The notes: a model not told the origin generated them from the sequence alone. Positions 13,901 through 27,768 are shown, numbered from the stretch's first letter. The stretch is 64,000 bases of DNA from Tubiluchus corallicola (GCA_030141605.1 JAQGDQ010000039.1:808441-872440); one strand, 5' to 3'. Made by a program: numbers and translations.

Positions 13901-15062
13901 TAAAGCGAAATTCATGCAAAGTTTTTAATACCTCTATGTCTAACTGACATCAAATTTCATCAATCTCTTTAAATTTGGAACCATAATACGGTAGATATTC
14001 CATTATCACCTTCCAGTCAGTCACCCAGCAACCGGCAGCAGCACTAGCTACCCAGAAAGTCGCTAATGTTGGAAACCTGTAAAAACACTACACTGTAGTC
14101 ATGTTACATCCCATGTCCAGCTCTGAGCGATCTATTCAATCTTCAACCATTTCAAGCATTTGCAGTACAAACATTACCTCGACGCATCCAATACTCGAGC
14201 CAATAGATGTCATTTCATTCATGCATATACAGCGGCGTACACGATGGAAATCTTAACTTGCGTCTTTCTTTAAGTTACTAAAATCTGTTTCTTTACACAA
14301 GTGTTATCACTGCCAGCCTAGCTTATAAGTACACAGTAATAAAATTAAGATGCTGCTACAAGAATGAGTTTTGTAAGACTGTAAATCCATAGTGTTAAAC
14401 TAATTTGCCTACAGAGTAGTAAACAATAAAAGAAAAGAAATATATTATGTTAGGCAAATAAAATTTAGATTTCACAAAAATAATAATTCTATTGCATTAA
14501 TAACTAAAATTGTATACACATATATAGACAAACATTAAAACAAAAAAGAAATCTACAATATTGACAAGTGACAATAATTTAGTTTTTCCATGTCATTTCT
14601 GAAAACTGTGCATTCAAATCAATTAGTGTGCAAAACACAAAATGTTGCTTTACCAACAAGAAAATATTTAAAACATTTAATAATAATAACAAAGTGAAAT
14701 TAACTTATGAATTGTCGCTTAATTATAAACTGTCAAAATTTCGGCTCCCTAAAACAGCTACTGTTATTTTACAAAATTCTGACATAAAGTCACTAAATTG
14801 ATTAATTACTGCGTATATTTTTATAATTTTAATATCCTACACTATCATTAAAAATAATTAAAGTCACAACCAAGAGATAGTTCATTTAAATTCTACAGCT
14901 GTATAGTAGAGGTTCTAGTTAATAATAAGTACAGTATAGTACGTTGTCGCTTAATAGCAAAAGCTAACAGCCAGATCTAAATCTCAATCTAAATTTGCAA
15001 ATGTGCAAATATGCTTAAACACCCAGCAATACCAATTTCTATGAAGAAATGCGCACTGCCTA

Positions 15063-16517
15063 TTATCTACTCAGGCTATATGAGTAATCTCTGTTGTAAG
15101 TTCTTATGCCCTCGTCAATTCGAAGCTCGACAGGCAGTCGGCGGAAAAACGGGTGCCTTAAAGCTTCACGCAGCGTAATGCGAAGTGAGGGATCATACTC
15201 TAACATTCGTTCAATGAGATACAGAAATTCTCTGTGTTCGTCATCATCAATAGGAAAATACCGGTCTAGTGGTTTACAGTTTTCGCGCACATAACGGCCT
15301 GCTGAGCTGTGCTTGTCCCAGTCTAAACGACCACGGCTAAAATATTTAGTCCTTGTTCGACGACACATTTTATACGGAAGAGGACCAAGTATACGTTCCA
15401 TCATAGCCAGGTGTTCCTTGTTATCATGTGTTTGGAACATGGTAATACCCAAATAAAGTTCAAATATGATGCACCCAATGCTCCAGACATCACAAGGTTG
15501 TGACCAGCCTAGTTCTAAAATCACTTCGGGTGCCCGATAATGCCTGGTAGAAACAATTGTGCTATGATGCTCATGATCAAATGTAGCAGAACCAAAGTCA
15601 ATGAGCTTAATAGCAGTATCTCGTACTCGCCTGTACTCCCGTTTTCGGTTTGGAAATGATTCTATGGTGTATTCAGAATTAGTAAATAGAATATTTTCCG
15701 GTTTCAGATCTGTATGTGTAAGATGATTTTCATGGAGAAATCTGACAGACTGACACAGTTGGTAAGAAATGTGTCTGACCTGTTCTAAAGAATAAGGCTG
15801 GTACTTGTTCTCCTTCAAGAAGTCAAACACGCTTAAACCTAGTACCTCGAATGCAATGCAGACGTGACCATAATAGTCAAACCAATCTAGCATTTCTACG
15901 CACAAATGTTTACCAACATGATCCTTATCTAATATTTTCTCCAAAACATTAATTTCCAGCTTGGCTGCTTCTCTATATTTATCCACATTTTTTATAACTT
16001 TGAGGGCAACTTTCTGATAGACTGTATTACGCTGATGATGATCTTTCACTTCTAACACTTTTCCAAATGTTCCTTCTCCCAATGTACTAATAATCTCGTA
16101 TCTGTTTTTCAACAAATCACCTGGCTGATATATCAAATGCCCTTCTTCGTCGTCTTTCACAAACGGATCTCTTAAGCTTCGATCGGACCGATAGCTTCTA
16201 CTATAATGTCTTCGCGAGACGCTGCTAGCTGACCTCGATCGTGAGTAATCATTTCTTCTGGTAGACGTGCTGTGATCCTGACTTATGTCATATTTTCTTC
16301 TACGTCGTCTGTGATATCGCCGACTGTCAGAATGTACAACCTTGCTATATGAAGAGGAATGTCGAGTCCTGCGTTTTCGCCGCGTTCGACTATGGCCACT
16401 TGACCTACTACTATCTCGGCTCCGAGAACGATAAGTAATCCGATCTCTCGAATCTGATTTGTACCTACCAACTTGATCCCTAGCATACGAACGATGCCTT
16501 GACCTCGTCCGGGGCAT
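15063..16517 (-). CDS. CLK: Dual-specificity LAMMER kinase (CLK/Doa family), single coding exon, 484 aa from the first ATG
   Basis: RS-rich N-terminus plus a complete kinase domain ([49 protein letters not shown]). The ORF-track start at 16571 is a TTG inside a polypyrimidine acceptor (TTTCTTTTTACTAAGCAG, exon begins 16535); the first ATG is 16517. Confidence 0.96.
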   Translation of the reverse strand: MPRTRSRHRSYARDQVGRYKSDSRDRITYRSRSRDSSRSSGHSRTRRKRRTRHSSSYSKVVHSDSRRYHRRRRRKYDISQDHSTSTRRNDYSRSRSASSVSRRHYSRSYRSDRSLRDPFVKDDEEGHLIYQPGDLLKNRYEIISTLGEGTFGKVLEVKDHHQRNTVYQKVALKVIKNVDKYREAAKLEINVLEKILDKDHVGKHLCVEMLDWFDYYGHVCIAFEVLGLSVFDFLKENKYQPYSLEQVRHISYQLCQSVRFLHENHLTHTDLKPENILFTNSEYTIESFPNRKREYRRVRDTAIKLIDFGSATFDHEHHSTIVSTRHYRAPEVILELGWSQPCDVWSIGCIIFELYLGITMFQTHDNKEHLAMMERILGPLPYKMCRRTRTKYFSRGRLDWDKHSSAGRYVRENCKPLDRYFPIDDDEHREFLYLIERMLEYDPSLRITLREALRHPFFRRLPVELRIDEGIRTYNRDYSYSLSR

Positions 16518-18268
16518 TGTAACATTCACAAGATGCTGCTTAGTAAAAAGAAAACATTCTTTTTTATTCAAATTCTAATTTGTGGCAAATTGATGCACTA
16601 AAAGTCTACTGTTATTAACTGCAGTGCACAGCGAACAAAAATGGCAAAACATGTTAATAAAAAAAAGAACCAGACATCTACAGGCAAATAAGTCAGATCC
16701 TTAAGTGTTATTATATATATACATATATATATATGGCCTAGGCAAAATAAGTAAAAACCATGAGAATCCTGATAATGTAAGGCCGTGGTACTGTAATGAA
16801 ATAAAAAATCTTGGCCAAATTGATAATGATATAATAGCCTACAGCTATTAATCAAAGGCAATCCATGCTTTCTAAAAGCCCATCATTTTGATTAGTATGT
16901 AAACCAGCATTCATAGTGTAATTTCCTAGTATTCAACTCATTCTAGTATAAACTTCAGAAACAAAGCACTGCACCTCAATACAGTTATGAATTTAATTTA
17001 GTCAAACTCAAGCCACCAAACATTAGATTTTGTGACTACAAGTATTAAAGCAAGTAGTGGTGGGCCAAGATGGTCGGTGACTGGTGTGAATAATGGTGTT
17101 CAGTAGTGAACAGTAAATAAATTCTGATTGCCTAGCCGGTAAATTATTGGTCGGTTTGTAAACTATTGAGCTGATCACACTATAGAAATTACTGAATTTA
17201 TAAGTAAAAATGAAATATTTAAAACTTACTTACTTGAATTATACCAGCGGTTTTTCAAAACACAAACGTGTTAAATTTGTGAGTTGGCACCAATAAAATG
17301 TTTTACCAAACTAGACAATTTAGAAATGTTAATCATTTTAAAAAGTGGTGTAAATGCACGTTCATGAATATTTACCATGTAATGGTGTATGCAAACCTTT
17401 ATTAATAAGAATATTAAATTTTTTTTAGAAATTTCAGAAATTTGCTAATTAGGAACTACAGAAGGCTAATAATTTTAATCTTACCAGATTAGAAAGTATT
17501 ACTTTTAATACTACTAAGTCCTTACTGTTGCGTTTTGGTGACACAACACAGCTATCACAGTAAACGTAAACTGGAGTGGATGTAACTGAAAGTTACGTTT
17601 TTAGGCAATATGTAATACATTTAAAGATAAGGTTACCTATTCAGGATATGACACTGTATTGATCATAAGAAAAATTTTCGTGCAATTTAACTAAACTAAA
17701 AAGAAATATGTATTGTAAAATTAATAATATTTTATGTACACTAGGTAAAGGAGAGTCAGAAATGACAGCCTTTTTAATGAACACTTACAGTATATCAACT
17801 TTCACTCATGATTCAAGTGAGGTCTGCGAAACACAGAGAGTTAGAAATTGCCAACAGAAGCTGACATAACAGTAGAGTTTACAGCTAATAGAAGTTGCAT
17901 GGAACACTGTTCACAGGAGGCTATTAAATTAAAAAATGACAGCAAGGTAACTTCAGGACTTTTGTAATGCGATGCCACTGAACTATTTCACCGATTTACG
18001 AGAATTTACATTTTACAAGAGCTTTATGTCTCAACCAGTCTACCTACATTGTTAGAGTTATTTATGAAATTAGTAAGCCAGATAAATCGACAATTGCACA
18101 ATATAGAAGACATCGCTGATTTTTTTCTGGTAATAAATGTTAATGTAGAACATCTAGTACAAAATGATTTTTATAAAGATCTAAATGTCAAAAATTTGCT
18201 ATGTTATCTGGAACTAGGCAGTAGTGACGCAGGCTTGAAAAAGTAGAAAAGTATACCTAAAATAATTG

Positions 18269-18994
18269 GGCGCTATTACACTTTCGCATCGCCTAGTTTT
18301 TTGTAAGTCATTACTCGTTTCTATGCTCGTACGTCATTATTCTATTATTGTTACGTCATCAGTGAATGTTTCCGCTAATGTAATTGTAATTTAATCATAT
18401 ATTTAGGTATAATTACCAATAATTACCCTGTATTCACAGTTCTACACCTATACAGTTCGTATCGCCATCTTGTTTGTGTGTGTAGTCACGTGACAAATTC
18501 CGTACCCTGATATGCATTATCAGGGCCTAGCTTAAAAGCACGTGACACACTTTCATCTTCACCGCATTTACGAAATAAAGAAAAAACCTTTACTTTTTTT
18601 ATAATCTAATAGTAATAATACTACAGTAATAAATAAAATTAATGATAAATAACTGTAGTCGTCTAAAATAATTTCTAAAATAATAATATATGCCAGCTTG
18701 GGTCCCGTGGCTGCAACCCAAATAATCATAAATTATGCGAAGAAACTAAAAATACATGTTAAGGGCCACATCGTCACTGCGCGATTGCGCATTAGTGGTG
18801 TAAACACGGTTATTCACGTGGAGCTTTTTGCGTAATGGCGTCGGTAAGTAATGTATGATTTTAATCTGGAATTATAAAGCCTAAAAACCAATAATATTAT
18901 GGGAATATGGTGTATATTACGCCTGTTGGCCTGCAGGCGTGAAAACAACCAATAGGCCAGGAAAAACTAGGTGGTGCGAAAGTGTAATAGCGCC
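18269..18994. mobile_element. MITE with ~33 bp TIRs, possibly PIF/Harbinger-like
   Basis: GGCGCTATTACACTTTCGCATCGCCTAGTTTTT versus AAAAACTAGGTGGTGCGAAAGTGTAATAGCGCC (2 mismatches). TSD unclear. Confidence 0.8.
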
Positions 18995-19651
18995 AATAAA
19001 TGTTCTATTTCCTACCATGACACCAACTAACGACATTCAAATGTGTAGGCCTACACGTGCGTAATTTTCATGTGAAACTTCATGCATTTAATTTCATAAG
19101 CAAAAAAGCCAAAAAAGTTTATTATAATGGTGCTAGTATTATATAAATTACTGAATCTAAATTAAGAATTGCACAGTATTGTTGACGGAATACACTTAAT
19201 CAAAAAATCTTACCAAAGTTTAGCCACCTGTTGATATCTGGGTCTCACGATGCGCATTAATGATTGGCTTAGTGCCATCATGTATTACACTGTTACGTTA
19301 ACGCCTAATGAAAGAACTAGAAAGAAAACTTAAACCACCAGAAAACACAAACCAAAATGCAAATGCCAAAATGAACGACCAGGAAAAAAGTTGAAACGTT
19401 GCGTAACTCAAAAAGCAATTAAATTAACTTCAATTTATTTTATTCATGAATCATCTATGACCTTGCATTATCGCGAATTTTGTAAATCTCATTTTTTGGT
19501 AAACAATTTCAATTAATTTGTTTTCCTCCACAAAATACAACAATTAATTTACATATTTTAAAAAATAAACAAAAATAAGTTTTCGTATAAAATACAAAAA
19601 AATCAAAAACTTGTCAGCAAAAGTCAAACAAAAATCAAAGTCAAAACATAT

Positions 19652-19891
19652 TTGCCCGAAAAATTCTTTAATTTAGTTGTTGATTTTAGAATTAGAGGGC
19701 ATAATTTAAAACTGTTTAAACAGCGGTCACGTCTTGACATTCGTAAATATTCATTTTCGGTGAGAGTTGTGAATGAATGGAATAATCTGCCTGCCATGGT
19801 GATTACCTCACCAACCACAGTAAAGTTTAAATTCTTAATCGACAATTATTTTGCGGAAAAATATGGAGTTTCTATGAGTGTACTCGCTTAA
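19652..19891 (+). mobile_element. CR1-group LINE 3' fragment (ORF2 C-terminus)
   Basis: RGHNLKLFKQRSRLDIRKYSFSVRVVNEWNNLP is the typical C-terminal motif of CR1-group ORF2. Confidence 0.8.
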
Positions 19892-20149
19892 CCACTAATC
19901 GTGATAGTATAACAGTATATTATAATTATTATATTTTATAATATGTTTTAATTATAACAAAAAGGAGATCAACTAATATTAACAAAACCCAGAGAAAAAT
20001 ATAACAAAAAAACATAGTTGAAGAACTTGGCGAAACAAACAAAATAATAAATCAGGCTGAAATATAACACAAAAGAGAACATTTTGATTACTAGCATCAT
20101 ATCTAATAAAACAACAAAGCAAAAAATGCCAATAATAAACAAAAGAATA

Positions 20150-20930
20150 CTAAGCAGAACACCAAATAATATAATTAAATGGCAATAGTACAAACTTGTT
20201 TTCACTACATTGTAACATTAAGATAATTTTATATTTTTTAATAAAGCTGTAATTAAGATCTGGATGGTAATTGACTTGACTGTGAGTTCCATAATTAGTA
20301 TTGCGGTTTAATATTTCAATAACTTGTGACTGGCTATATGTACATCTTGTTGATGAATGATGTACAATAGAATCAGCTGTGGAATAATCTGAGAAGAGAG
20401 ATGGCACCATCAATAATTTTGGTTAATAAATTCGAACATAAACTTTGTCTGTTCAAGCTGATAAATAACCCGAAGTGTAAGAATGTTGAGACTGAAATGT
20501 AGAAGTGTCGTGAGTTCCAGTCTGACAGAGAAAGTCATAATTTGTATCATACAGTCCGTGCTGAAGTTACAGTGTGGTTTCTTGTAGCAGCTGTACAGCC
20601 CCAGGCTAAAATCCTTTTCAATAAATGCAGCATGAATAGACTAGTATATAATAACCTAATGGATGAAGAATTTAAGTAATATGTAACTATCATATTGTGA
20701 AGTTGTGGACTAATGACCAAACTTAATTGCGTCCAAGCTACATAATATAAACAAGAAAAACTTATATAAAATAGATGCAAATCGGAGTATACATGGAAAC
20801 TGCCATGATGGATTAACATGTGGCCATGTCGGCCACAAGAATGTAAATTTTAACACATAAAATTGAATACATGAAGCTGAATTATGCTGATATGCACCAA
20901 AGTACATTAAATAATTAATAAAGAATTAAG
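20150..20930 (-). mobile_element. Degenerate L2/Crack-like LINE 3' fragment
   Basis: Broken frames such as LLYTSLFMLHLL..ILAWG and PSLFSDY...HHSSTR parallel the C-terminus of the LINE at 24.5 kb (YLSYGILAWG, PDLFSNYY...HHHSTR). Confidence 0.65.
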
Positions 20931-21744
20931 CAAATAATCTCAATCTGAAACAGTAAGTACAAAAATGTTATAAATAATATCGAGCAATCAAAAAAAAGCA
21001 TCCCTAAAACACGTGTACGCTAATATGTCATACTTGCGATCTGCGACAGAAAATAGCCGCTTATTGCATTGTTTCGCAATGACCATAACAAACTCCTGAT
21101 AATGACCTGTACAAAAGGACAGCAGGACCAATGGAAAAAAGAAGAGTGGTTGTTCTCAACAACAAGCTAGGCAGACAAGCAGTCATACAGTTGCACGGGG
21201 CAGGAGAAATGCTCAAACTCTGTAAGTATAAATTAGAAAAATAGTAAAACAGTATGATTACTAATTCTTTCCTAAACCTTATACTTAACTAGGAAAAGAG
21301 AGAAAATGGGATTTTCCTGTTTTTGAGTTTTCTTGGTGTTTGCCTAAACTTTCTTTACTCTAGCTAGAAGCTCGACCTACTGACTAGCTAACTGATGCAG
21401 TTTACTGATGAGCCTCTAGTTAAACCATCCATTATAACTGCCTAAGCTACAGGAGCTGTTCGGAACCCCATCTGTACAAGGAGCATAAACTGACTTCGAG
21501 CTAACTGTTGCTCAAATAAAAAGCTGTCATTCATATGGTGAAGCGTTTACAGATATCCGACCCATTCTACTGATTCTATCCCATCGAGATTCTTGGCTTT
21601 CTCAACGACCAAGTCTACCAGCTTCCTGAAATTACCTGCAATTATTGATTAAGGATATCTGTGCTATTTCCTGATTGTTGTTGGTCTAAGTTATACATAC
21701 TAATATTATTATTATTGATTTTAATAAATTACATTACTATTGGT

Positions 21745-22558
21745 CAGGGGTGAGCATTCTCTACCAGAAAGCAAATTCGAATGGAACCGAATTTGTGACT
21801 TTCGAATTCGAATCGAACCGAACTTTACTGTTTTGAAATCGAACCGCATTCGATTTGAGATTGAAAGATTTTCGAACAAGTTTTCGAACCACCAGTAAGA
21901 ATTAGTCTTACAAAGATCATGCATATCACTAGATTTTGTTCTGCAATAAAACAACTAGTAAATTGTTTAAAATTGTGCACAGAAATCACAACTAAATTAT
22001 GCTAATTGCATGTTGTTTCAATCGTTTTAATGATAAAGATCATATGTGATTGAAGTGCTGAATTATTCGAATCTGTAGTTTTAGGTTCGAATCGAGTTCG
22101 AACTAAAAAACCTGATTTCCAGGGCAGTTTATAATATTTTCCACAATATTCATTTTTGCTTCATCAGTACTAGGGCTGAGCATATTCTACTAGAAAGCGA
22201 ACTCGAATCAAACCAAATATTAGTATTTTGAATTCAAATCGAATTTGAACTCTGTTGGAAAGATTTTCAAAAAGTTTTCGAACCACCAGTAAAAAGCAGT
22301 CTTTCAGAAATTATGCATATTATTCGATTTTGTTCTGCTGTAAAATCATTAATAATTTATTTAAAAATTGTGCAGAGAAATCATAGATAGATAAATTGTG
22401 CTAATTGCATGAAGTTTCAAACGTTTCAATGATAAGGAACATAAGTGGTTGAAGTGCTGAATTGTTCGAATTTATAATTTTAAGTTCGAATCGAATTCGA
22501 ACTAAAAAACACGTTCGAATTGGATTCGAATGAATTGGAACATTCGATGCCCACCCTA
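21745..22558. mobile_element. Two tandem copies of a TTCGAA-rich hAT-like MITE (about 21745-22115 and 22171-22558)
   Basis: The copies align over ~370 bp. The second has TIRs TAGGGCTGAGCAT and ATGCCCACCCTA; both have dense subterminal TTCGAA motifs. Confidence 0.7.
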
Positions 22559-22899
22559 GTGTAGAGAATTTTATTGATAGGAGAAAATTTACGTAGAGGA
22601 GAAATAAAAGTGGTCCCAGTATAATGAGTAGAACCCACAGGTAATATTAGCTAGTGAGGATTTGTGTTGACATAAACAAGCAGACTGTTTACAGTTGGTC
22701 AGATACAATGTGAAAAAGCTTAAAGGAAGGCCTCTAATTTCCTAATGTTTTAATATAACAAAGAGAATTATGGCGGTCTGCAGTATCATACGCTTTTGAT
22801 AATGCAGAAAACAAGCACATATTTTCTGTTTTTGTCAGGATGTCTGATACTTTATGGATAGCGAACTGTTAAATGAAACGACGCCGCGAAAACTTTGCC

Positions 22900-22992
22900 G
22901 GCCCGGATCACCAACATAAAAAGTAAGCACTTTCAACATCGTCCTTCTTGCTCTCGTGATCTCGCCTCTGGTTTTCATTCACGTGTAAGTTG
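22900..22992 (+). other. Candidate non-coding first exon / promoter region of SURF4
   Basis: Locally CpG-richer segment (GACGCCGCG, GCCGGCCCGG) ending in a strong donor G|GTAAGT at 22993. The SURF4 ATG exon has an acceptor at 30920 and needs an upstream exon. The link is inferred. Confidence 0.4.
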
Positions 22993-23099
22993 GTAAGTTT
23001 TAACTTATTAGACATTACGTTTTTATGCGGAATATGCGAGGTTGGTGGCCGATAACCTAATACTGAATAGAAAGTAAAATAGCTTAATGTTCAGAAGTT

Positions 23100-23760
23100 A
23101 ATTTTATTTGATTCGAGTGATCAGGGCTGAACTAATGAAATTATAATAAAAGGCAAATATTTCAAAGAAAGCACCGTAAGAATGTTGAATCAAGTTAAGG
23201 AATTTGAAATTCCTGATCAGTGTAAACAAATGAAAATAAACTCAATAAAAGGGGAGTTCCGTGCCAAGAACTGAAAATAGTATTCTTTGATGCTGAAAAT
23301 TTTGATGTTTGATAAACTTTGGCTAAGTAATAGATAATGTTTAATTGAAATGTGGATGAGAGGTACGACACGAGAAGAAGTTCGTCAGATCTATGAAATG
23401 AAGAAGAAAGGTTAGGCAGTAATAGAAACACCTGTGGGAAAAACTAACTGATTAGAGCTTGGTGAAATAGTGAGTCAAGGACTAGTATGGATCCTAGAAT
23501 GTGTAGTGTATTAGCTGTCTGAATTAACAGTGTTGGAAGGAGTCTTGAGGTTGCAGTAGGATCTAACTTAAGAATAAATGCAAGAGTATGTGTAGATGAC
23601 ATTGCATGTATGGGTAATGATGGGCATCGATCATTCGTGATTAAAGTTTATGCAAATGGACATAGACAATTTTTATTTATCTCCTTGAAACAAATACGTA
23701 ATGAATTGCATAATTGTTGGTTTTTTGAAGGAATGAAAAAATGACTTTTAGCACAAAAAG
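23100..23760 (+). mobile_element. Old degenerate reverse-transcriptase remnant, continued at about 28990-29260
   Basis: Eroded RT motifs VSQG (about 23470) and VDDI (about 23592) lie before the young LINE, and YKYLGD (about 29082) lies after it. Confidence 0.45.
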
Positions 23761-24476
23761 CACAAATTCAATTCAATTATTTATTATCTCCGTTAGAACG
23801 ATAAAAATACAGTGTAAAGAATACACGCAATATTTTGAAGCAAAGGAGAAGGGCAGCGAAGAACCCGTAGGTTATCAAGTCAGCCACCCTTAAATAGTTA
23901 TGATTAAATAAACTTAATTATGGCATCGTTATCAATTTAAATTTGTATTCGGTTGATGTGTGTTAATTTGGCAATTGAATGATAGGTATCGTAATACTGT
24001 AGAACATATAGTTTAAATAACGAAAGATTTACAATTCCAAAATACTGTGAATCATGCGAAGCAAACATAATAAAAATAACTTGAGATTTTTAAGATAACA
24101 GAAAATGCATAATTTGCGCATTAACTAAAAATCCGGCAAAAAAACAAAAAACAGTAGAATGATCAACCAAAGCTGTCGAGAAAAAAATATAATAGATTAA
24201 ACCAAGGAAAAATAAGGCAAATATAAATCATACAAAACAAAACAAGAAACAGAAGCAAATAAGAAAAAACAAAACTGAAATGTTGTAATAATAACATCAA
24301 TGACTGAATTTGTTGAGAAAGAAAATATAATAAATTAAACCATCGAAAAACTATTTCAACTGTAAATCAGACAAAATGAAATCAAAATATAACAAAAACT
24401 TAAACAAAATCTTTAAGTGTCGTAGCAATGAAAAAAATATGTATAATATTACAAGTATATAAGCAAAATGTCTCAT

Positions 24477-27400
24477 TTATTTGTATCCTGCAATAAGTTG
24501 TTTTTTATAGTTTAAAATTAACTTTTTGTAGTTGCTGGACTTTAACTGGTCTGGTAATGAATTCCACAGCAAAGATCCTTGGTGTTTTAAAGAATTCTGG
24601 CCTTTAGATGAGTTAAATCTTTCAATAAAATAAGATTGGGTTGTAGCAAACCTAGTAGAGTGGTGATGCATGTGACATGCTAAAGTATAATAATTGCTGA
24701 AGAGATCTGGAAGTGAATTATTTTTGAATTTATGTACAAACTTGAGCAATTCTAATTTATACAGATCATGTACTTTTAATAGATTTAGTTGCAAATACAA
24801 AGGTGTTACATGTTCCCTTTTGCTAGTAAATGTTATAAGTTTGATAATCTTGTTTTGTTTAGAAACCAATGATTTTAAGACCGATGCTGAAGCACTACCC
24901 CAGGCGAGAATGCCATAACTCAGATATGGCATGACAAGAGAAGAATATAAGACCCGTAGTGCATCTACATTTATGTAGTGTCATATTCTAGCTAATACTC
25001 CACTTAATTTGCTAATTTTGTTGACTATATGCTGAACATGTGTTTTCCAAGTAATTCTACTGTCTATAAATATACCAAGATATTTGATTTCTTGTGTAGA
25101 TTGAATAGTACAACCTCCCATATTTATGTTTAAACTATTGTTATGTTGGTTGTTTCCAATTAACATATATTTTGTTTTTTTATAATTTATCGATAGCTTA
25201 TTTGCTTGCATCCATTTATTAATATTGTCCAGTTCCACATTTACTGAATGTTCTAATGTTTTGATATTTTGGTGTGATAAAAATAGGTTTGTATCGTCTG
25301 CAAACAATCTGGTGTTAAATTGCGAACAAGATGGCAGATCGTTAATATATAAAAGAAATAACAATGAACCCAATGTAGAACCCTGTGGGACACCACAGGT
25401 TATATCAGCAAGTTTAGATTCCGATGAGTCAATAGACGTAAACTGTTTCCTATTAGTAAGGTAAGACGTGAAAAGCGCAAGAGGACGTCCCCTGATACCA
25501 TAGTATGATAACTTATATAACAAAATGTCATGTTGTACCGTGTCGAATGCTTTCGATAAATCTAAAAATATAGCACAAGTAGTTTCCCCTTATCAATATT
25601 CGCAAGGAAGTTTTCAATTATTTCTGACATAGCTAAAGATGTAGAATGATTTTTTCTGAATCCAAATTGGAATTTAGTTAAAATTTGTTCTTTTAAAAGA
25701 AATTTAGCTAGCCTAGAGTAAATTAATTTTTCAAAAATCTTTGATATGGGAGATAAGAGAGATATTGGCCTATAATTAGTGGGATTAATGGGAGAATCAG
25801 ATTTGTAAATCGGGATTATTTTTGCAATTTTCAACACGTCAGGATAGATACCCTCTTCTACACATTTATTGAACAGCATAGTTAATAATGGAGTAATAAT
25901 GGACTGTGAAATTTTAAAAAACTGATTCGAGATGTTTTCGGGTCCTGCTGATTTATTGGTTTTCAATGCAGCAATAGCAGAGGAAACTTCATACTCGATA
26001 ATTGGCGCAAAAAAGAAATAGTTCTGATTAGGCATTCTAAGGAAAGAATCAAATGTTATTGGAGTAGGTGGTACTTTTTTTACCATATCAGAACCAACCG
26101 ATGCAAAATAATTATTCATGAATTCACAGATAGCAGGGGGTTCCGTAATCTCAGCATGATTTATTACTAGTTTGGTTGGAGTTATGCGCTGCTTGTTTTG
26201 TCCATTGATCAAATCATTCAATGCTGCCCAAGTCTTTCTAATATTAGTTTTATTATCATGTAGTAAAGTACAATAATAATTTCTTTTGGCTAAATTTATG
26301 AGATGATTAAGTTTATTAGAAAATTGTTTATATTGATTAATTTTTAAGATACTAGTTGTAGTCTTACAGTCCTTGTATAATCTACTTTTAGTTTTTATTG
26401 ACACAAGAATACCTTTAGTTAACCATGGCTTGGAGAAAGTTACTTTTTCAGTTCTTGACAATGTCTTAAGTGGGGCATGTTTATTAAGAACTTCTTGATA
26501 TATTTGGAAAAAGGTACAGAAGGCAGAATTAGTTGGCACCTCGGAAAAGTCAACAGCATCGATCTTATTTTACAAATCCTCCAGAACTAAAATCATGTTA
26601 AAATTCCGTTTATCCCTGATTTTAATTTTCTTTTTAACTATTAAGTTACCAATATTTTTAATAATAGCAAACACTGGTAGATGATCCGACACTTCATAAA
26701 GTATAATACCAGATATAATTGGATTAGATAGATTATTTGTATATATATGGTCAATAAGTGTCTGAGAATGGTGTGTTATTCGAGTTGGTCGTGTTACTAA
26801 TGGAAAAAACTGATTAGAGTAAAGTAAATTCAAATAATCTGCAATAAATGTTTTTTCTTCTATTTGCATAAGATTTAGATTAATATCGCCACAGATATAA
26901 CAAGTCTTTCCTGACTTGTTAATGGCTGATAATATAGAGTCCATCTCGCTGTGAAAATGATGGACATTGGTATTTGGGTGTCGATAGATCACTCCAAATG
27001 TGATTGGTTTCTTTTTACCAGGTACTTCAACATCAAGCCACATATCCTCAACTTGTATACATGATTTTTGAGTAATGCTATTACCATTCTTACTTGTAGT
27101 TACTATTTCTGTATCACAATTAATTTTGTACTCATCTTTTACTGTATACCTCAAGCCCGATTTAAGATAAATAGCTACGCCACCTGCGCAAGTTTTAGAA
27201 TCAACATGCAAGAAAGTATAGTTAGGTAAACTCGTTATAAAAGATTGATTAATTTTGTTCAATCTTGTTTCCGATATTCCAATAATATCAGGAGGAACAG
27301 TAAAGTGCATGAGTACATCTAGCATATTAGAAAATCTCTTCAGAATACTATTGAGATTAAAATGTACTATTAATAAATCATTGTTAGACTTTTTTAGATT

Positions 27401-27768
27401 AGAATTTGTCTCTAGTGCATGCAAACTATAGTATTTACTATCAAACCTGGTAAGATGTGCATCAGGATCAGCATCCCATTTTGGTTTTGCGAGTGAAGGA
27501 AAATCAAGTAAAGAAGATAGACAGCATACATTTGTTAGATTTGAAAACAATTCGCATAAATCAGCATCATCAATACACTGAAAAGGCAAAGATTCATTTA
27601 TACATTTTAAACAAAAGTAATTATCAGAAGACACAGCATAGTGATTAAATTCATTCACATTCAGCATGGTACACTTGAGGTGTCCCACATGTTACAAACG
27701 TCACAACAGATACATTTTTGGTTATTTTTACAAGGTTTACAACAGGTTACACATGGAAATTTTTCCAT
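24477..27768 (-). pseudogene. LINE ORF2 (PHD finger + AP endonuclease + reverse transcriptase), disrupted
   Basis: ATG at 27768 gives MEKFPCVTCCKPCKNNQKCICCDVCNMW, then a frameshift to HLKC...YFCLKC. APE motifs IGISET, GGVAIY, VIYRHP, CGDIN, IDHIY. RT motifs YRPISLL, QFGFR, GVPQGS, LFADDT, KYLG. Frameshifts near 27690, 26570 and 25560; stop at 24981. Confidence 0.92.

Noticed and set aside
16518-16571. N-terminal extension [12 protein letters not shown] of the CLK ORF
   Set aside because: It starts at TTG and runs through a polypyrimidine tract and AG acceptor, so 16536-16571 is probably intron.
21395-21430. CTGATGAG as a hammerhead ribozyme core
   Set aside because: It is followed by TAAAC rather than GAAAC, and no convincing stems I-III can be drawn.
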